Below, piece after piece: positions 15,827 to 19,088 of a stretch of DNA of 19,088 bases. A program made the translations under genes and the position numbers. This DNA is from Thermovirgaceae bacterium. GTDB taxonomy: Bacteria; Synergistota; Synergistia; Synergistales; Thermovirgaceae. The notes below the pieces were generated by a model. The model made no database searches, was not told the origin of the DNA, and saw only the letters and a list, made by a program, of their open reading frames with translations. Numbering within the stretch: the stretch's first letter is position 1; the number at the start of each line of letters is the position of its first letter. The stretch is from the NCBI GenBank assembly GCA_046542505.1, contig JBKHBH010000034.1:1-19088 (forward strand), given 5' to 3'.

Positions 15827-15857
15827 TCCGGCGGCCGGATTTGAAACGGCCGCCGGA
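15827..15857 (-). other. Intercistronic stem-loop
   Basis: Perfect 11-bp inverted repeat TCCGGCGGCCG / CGGCCGCCGGA with a 9-nt loop and no U-tract. Confidence 0.7.
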
Positions 15858-15871
15858 ACTGCACTGGTCAG

Positions 15872-16366
15872 TTACTCCAGTCCCAGAGATTTCTTTACGT
15901 GAGGAATCAGTCCCCCGTCCTCAATAAGCCCCCTGACAAAGTCAGGGTATTTCGGGAAGGAGAAAGACCCCTTCGGCGTAGTGATCTCGCCCTTGTCGAA
16001 GTCGATGGTGATTTCGTCTCCCGCCTCGATGGCGTCCACGGCTTCTGGAGACACCACGATGGGAAGCCCTTCGTTGAGAGCGTTGCGGTAATAGATCCTT
16101 GCGAAACCCTTGGCGACGATGGCGGCGATTCCGCGCTCCTTGATGCACGTCACGGCCTGCTCGCGGGAAGACCCGCAGCCCCAGTTTTTGCCGGCCACGA
16201 TGATGTCTCCCGGTTGTGCGTTTTTGGTGAACTCGGGGTCCAGGTCCTCCAGGGCGTACTGGCCCATCTCGGACCGTTCGGAAACGGTGTAGGTGTATTT
16301 CCCGGGGAAAATGACGTCGGTGTTGACGTCATCGCCGTATTTCCAGACCTTTCCTGTCACTTTCAT
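15872..16366 (-). CDS. LeuD/HacB/DmdB-family hydro-lyase small subunit (copy A)
   Basis: Motifs [46 protein letters not shown] and GGLI. Confidence 0.92.
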   Translation of the reverse strand: MKVTGKVWKYGDDVNTDVIFPGKYTYTVSERSEMGQYALEDLDPEFTKNAQPGDIIVAGKNWGCGSSREQAVTCIKERGIAAIVAKGFARIYYRNALNEGLPIVVSPEAVDAIEAGDEITIDFDKGEITTPKGSFSFPKYPDFVRGLIEDGGLIPHVKKSLGLE

Positions 16367-16368
16367 GG

Positions 16369-17625
16369 CTACAGCACCTCCCTCGGATCGGTGATGGCGC
16401 CTTTGAGGGCTGAAGCGGCCACCGTCAGCGGGCTCGCGAGGTAGATGAAGCTCTCCTTGTTGCCCATGCGGCCCTTGAAGTTCCTGTTCGCTGTCGAGAT
16501 GCAGGTTTCACCTGGGGCCAGGATCCCTTCGTGGTTCCCCATGCAGGGGCCGCAGCCGGGATTATTGAGGATGCAGCCCGCATCGAGAAATACGTCCATC
16601 AGGCCTTCCTTCATGGCCTGGCGGTAGACTTCCCAGGAAGCGGGAATGACGATGGTTCTGACGGCCACTTCCTTGCCCTTCAGTATTTCCGCCGCCGCCC
16701 TGAGGTCCTCGATCCTCGCGTTGGTGCAGCTTCCCAAAAATGCCTGGTGGATTTCAGTGCCGGCGACCTCCGAGACGGGGGCATAGTTGTCCACCGTGTG
16801 AGGCTTGGCAACGCAGGGTTCAAGTTCGCCGAGGTCGTATTCAAGTTCCTTGACATACTCGGCGTCATCGTCCGCCCAGACGGCTTCCCACTTGTCGGCC
16901 TTGGCGTTTTTCGCAACGGCGTCGAGAACCTTCTTATCAGGAGGGCACACGGCGTTTTTCGCGCCCATTTCAATTCCCATGTTGCAGAGGGTCATGCGCT
17001 CTGCCAAAGACATGTCAGCGATGCCCTGTCCGTGAAATTCAACGGACATGTAATCGGCTCCGTCGGCCTTGATGTCGCCGATGACCTTGAGGATCAGGTC
17101 CTTTGCGGCAACCCCTTTTTTGAAAGAGCCCGTGACGGTGATTTTCATCGATTCCGGGACACGGAACCAGATCTGCCCCGTTGCCCAGGTGGCGGCCATT
17201 TCGCTTCTGCCGATGCCGGTGGAGAAGGCGCCGTAGGCTCCGTAGGTGCAGGTATGGCTGTCGCTTCCCACCATGATAAGTCCGGGCAGAGCAAACCCCT
17301 CCTGGCACATGATCTGGTGGCAGACGCCGCCTTTGCTGTTGACGTCAAAGAAATGCTTTATCCCCTGTTCCTTCACGAATTCCCTGATAATCTTGTGGTT
17401 TTCGGCGTGTTTGTCTGTTGGAGCCGGAACGGCGTGGTCCAGGACGAAGACCAGGTGATCCGGATTCCACACCTTTTTAACGCCGATCTTCTTGAAGATC
17501 TTTGAAATTGGTGCCGCGTTATCGTGGCTCATGCAGAAACGGGGCTCCACGGTGACGACCTGTCCGGTCTTGACATCCTCTCCCGCGGCTTTTCCAAGAA
17601 CCTTTTCCGCAAAGGTCTTACCCAT
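16369..17625 (-). CDS. LeuC/HacA/DmdA-family [4Fe-4S] hydro-lyase large subunit (copy A)
   Basis: Motifs MGKTFAEK, SHDN, DH, GVCHQ, GSDSHTCT, GSCTNAR, PGCGPCMG, STANRNFKGRMG and YLASP. Confidence 0.93.
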   Translation of the reverse strand: MGKTFAEKVLGKAAGEDVKTGQVVTVEPRFCMSHDNAAPISKIFKKIGVKKVWNPDHLVFVLDHAVPAPTDKHAENHKIIREFVKEQGIKHFFDVNSKGGVCHQIMCQEGFALPGLIMVGSDSHTCTYGAYGAFSTGIGRSEMAATWATGQIWFRVPESMKITVTGSFKKGVAAKDLILKVIGDIKADGADYMSVEFHGQGIADMSLAERMTLCNMGIEMGAKNAVCPPDKKVLDAVAKNAKADKWEAVWADDDAEYVKELEYDLGELEPCVAKPHTVDNYAPVSEVAGTEIHQAFLGSCTNARIEDLRAAAEILKGKEVAVRTIVIPASWEVYRQAMKEGLMDVFLDAGCILNNPGCGPCMGNHEGILAPGETCISTANRNFKGRMGNKESFIYLASPLTVAASALKGAITDPREVL

Positions 17626-17638
17626 CTGCTTTCACCTC

Positions 17639-18154
17639 CTATTGCTGTTTTTCGGCCTGCGCCTTGAGATACTGAATCAGCCCGCCGTGGGCCATGATGT
17701 CTTTTTCCAGGTCCGTTACAGCGTCGCCGTGCATGGTTTCCCCTGTGGTGAGGTTCTTGATTTCGCCAGTGTCCATGTTCACTTCGAGTTCGTCGCCGTC
17801 GCTGACCTTGTCCGTGATGTCAGGTACGACGAGCACGGGGTAACCGTTATTGACGGCGTTTCGATAATAGATGCGTGCATAGGATTCCGCCAGGATCACG
17901 GGGATTCCAAGTTCCTTGAGACAATAGACGGCGTGTTCCCTCGAAGAGCCGCAGCCGAAATTTTCGCCCGCTACGACGATGTCGCCAGGCTTGGCTTCCT
18001 TGGCGAAATTCTCCTTGCCCGGATAGTATTCGAACGAGTACTGGGCCATTTCCTTGGTATCGGTGACTCCGAGGTACTTGTTGTGATAGATCAGGTCTGT
18101 ATCCACGTCGTCACCGAAAACCCAGGCCCTGCCACGCAGGATATTTTCTGCCAT
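17639..18154 (-). CDS. LeuD/HacB/DmdB-family hydro-lyase small subunit (copy B)
   Basis: Motifs [39 protein letters not shown] and HGGLI. AAGGAGG SD present. Confidence 0.9.
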   Translation of the reverse strand: MAENILRGRAWVFGDDVDTDLIYHNKYLGVTDTKEMAQYSFEYYPGKENFAKEAKPGDIVVAGENFGCGSSREHAVYCLKELGIPVILAESYARIYYRNAVNNGYPVLVVPDITDKVSDGDELEVNMDTGEIKNLTTGETMHGDAVTDLEKDIMAHGGLIQYLKAQAEKQQ

Positions 18155-18167
18155 TTGTGATTCCTCC

Positions 18168-19088
18168 TTACCCGAGAATCTCGCGGGGATCGGTGATCAC
18201 GCCGCGGACGGCCGATGCCATTGCTGTCATCGGGCTGGCAAGGTAGGTGTGGCTGCCCTTGCCGACCTTGCCGAGAAAGTTCCTGTTTGTCGTCGACATG
18301 CCCACGTCGCCGCTGGGCAGGGTCCCGTAATGTTTTGCCGTGCACAGGGCGCATGTGGGATTGGTGAAGACCACGCCCGCATCAAGGAACTTGTCGATGA
18401 ACCCGGCCTGGGCACACTGTTTCATGACTTCCCTCGTGCTGGGCGTTATGATCGCTCTCATGCCCGGGTCGATCCTGAAATCAGCTGCCTTTAGCACTTC
18501 GAAGGCTGCTGCGATGTCTTCAAACCTGCCGTTGGAACAGGAACCTATATGAACCTGGTCAAGATGCTCGCCGGCTACTTCCCTGACGGTCTTGACATTG
18601 TCGGGGGCGTCGGGAGCGGAAACCATGGGTTCGAGCTGGTCCACATCGAACTCGTATTCTTCCGTGTAAACGGCGTCGGAGTCGGCGCGAATATTCTCCG
18701 CCATCTCGCGGACTTCTTCGCCCGCATGATCCGCAAGCCAGTCAAGGACCTCTCCATTTGGCTGAATCAGCCCGATTTTCCCGCTCATTTCCGTCACCAT
18801 GGAACACAGGGTGATCCGTTCGGCGAGATTGGATTCCTCAATGGGTTTTCCGTAGAATTCCACGGCTTTGTAGATGAGTCCACCCGCACCGAGGGTGCCG
18901 ACGATCTTTGTCAGCAGGTCGCGCATGCAGACGCCCTTTTTGAAGGAGCCTTTGGCCGTGATCTTGACCGTTTCGGGGACGCGGTACCAGAGCTTGCCGA
19001 GGATCCATGACGCGACAATATCCGTGTTGCCGACACCGGTGGCAAAGGCACCGACGGAACCCAGAAGGTTCATGTGGCTGTCCGTGCC
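18168..19088 (-). CDS. LeuC/HacA/DmdA-family large subunit (copy B), 5' part outside the window
   Basis: The frame is open to the window edge ([10 protein letters not shown]...). Motifs [33 protein letters not shown] and YLASP. Confidence 0.9.
   Translation of the reverse strand, partial: GTDSHMNLLGSVGAFATGVGNTDIVASWILGKLWYRVPETVKITAKGSFKKGVCMRDLLTKIVGTLGAGGLIYKAVEFYGKPIEESNLAERITLCSMVTEMSGKIGLIQPNGEVLDWLADHAGEEVREMAENIRADSDAVYTEEYEFDVDQLEPMVSAPDAPDNVKTVREVAGEHLDQVHIGSCSNGRFEDIAAAFEVLKAADFRIDPGMRAIITPSTREVMKQCAQAGFIDKFLDAGVVFTNPTCALCTAKHYGTLPSGDVGMSTTNRNFLGKVGKGSHTYLASPMTAMASAVRGVITDPREILG

Noticed and set aside
14560..19088. Ordinary leuBCD leucine operon
   Set aside because: The dehydrogenase lacks the NAD-type APDIA motif, the dehydratases are duplicated with atypical loops, and the cluster continues into citDEF. 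It cannot be fully excluded because upstream sequence is missing.

Overview
This window is gene-dense, GC-rich bacterial chromosomal DNA. The gene content and GGAGGTG-type Shine-Dalgarno sites fit an anaerobic fermenter, possibly Synergistota, but that taxonomy is only an inference. From left to right it holds: an overlapping radical-SAM / AIR-synthase-family (HypE/ThiL-like) gene pair on +; a membrane-anchored metallophosphoesterase (-); an MBL-fold hydrolase (+); a phosphomannomutase/phosphoglucomutase (-) with its own promoter and terminator; a probable three-gene operon (-) of a COG3044 'ABC-class ATPase', an MrfA/YprA-type DUF1998 helicase and an MrfB/YprB-type exonuclease; and a metabolic cluster (-) that runs off the right edge. 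That cluster has two tandem, divergent LeuC/LeuD-type hydro-lyase pairs, an (homo)isocitrate/isopropylmalate dehydrogenase-family enzyme with an NADP-type signature, and citrate lyase-type citD-citE-citF. The best candidate for an undescribed system is this cluster, which may be a reverse-direction pathway (2-oxoacid carboxylation, isomerisation, aldol cleavage) for a citrate-like acid. Other notable points are the ATPase-mrfA-mrfB operon, a probable CTG start for the helicase, and a densely structured leader with competing helices before citD. I saw no rRNA, tRNA, CRISPR array or mobile element.
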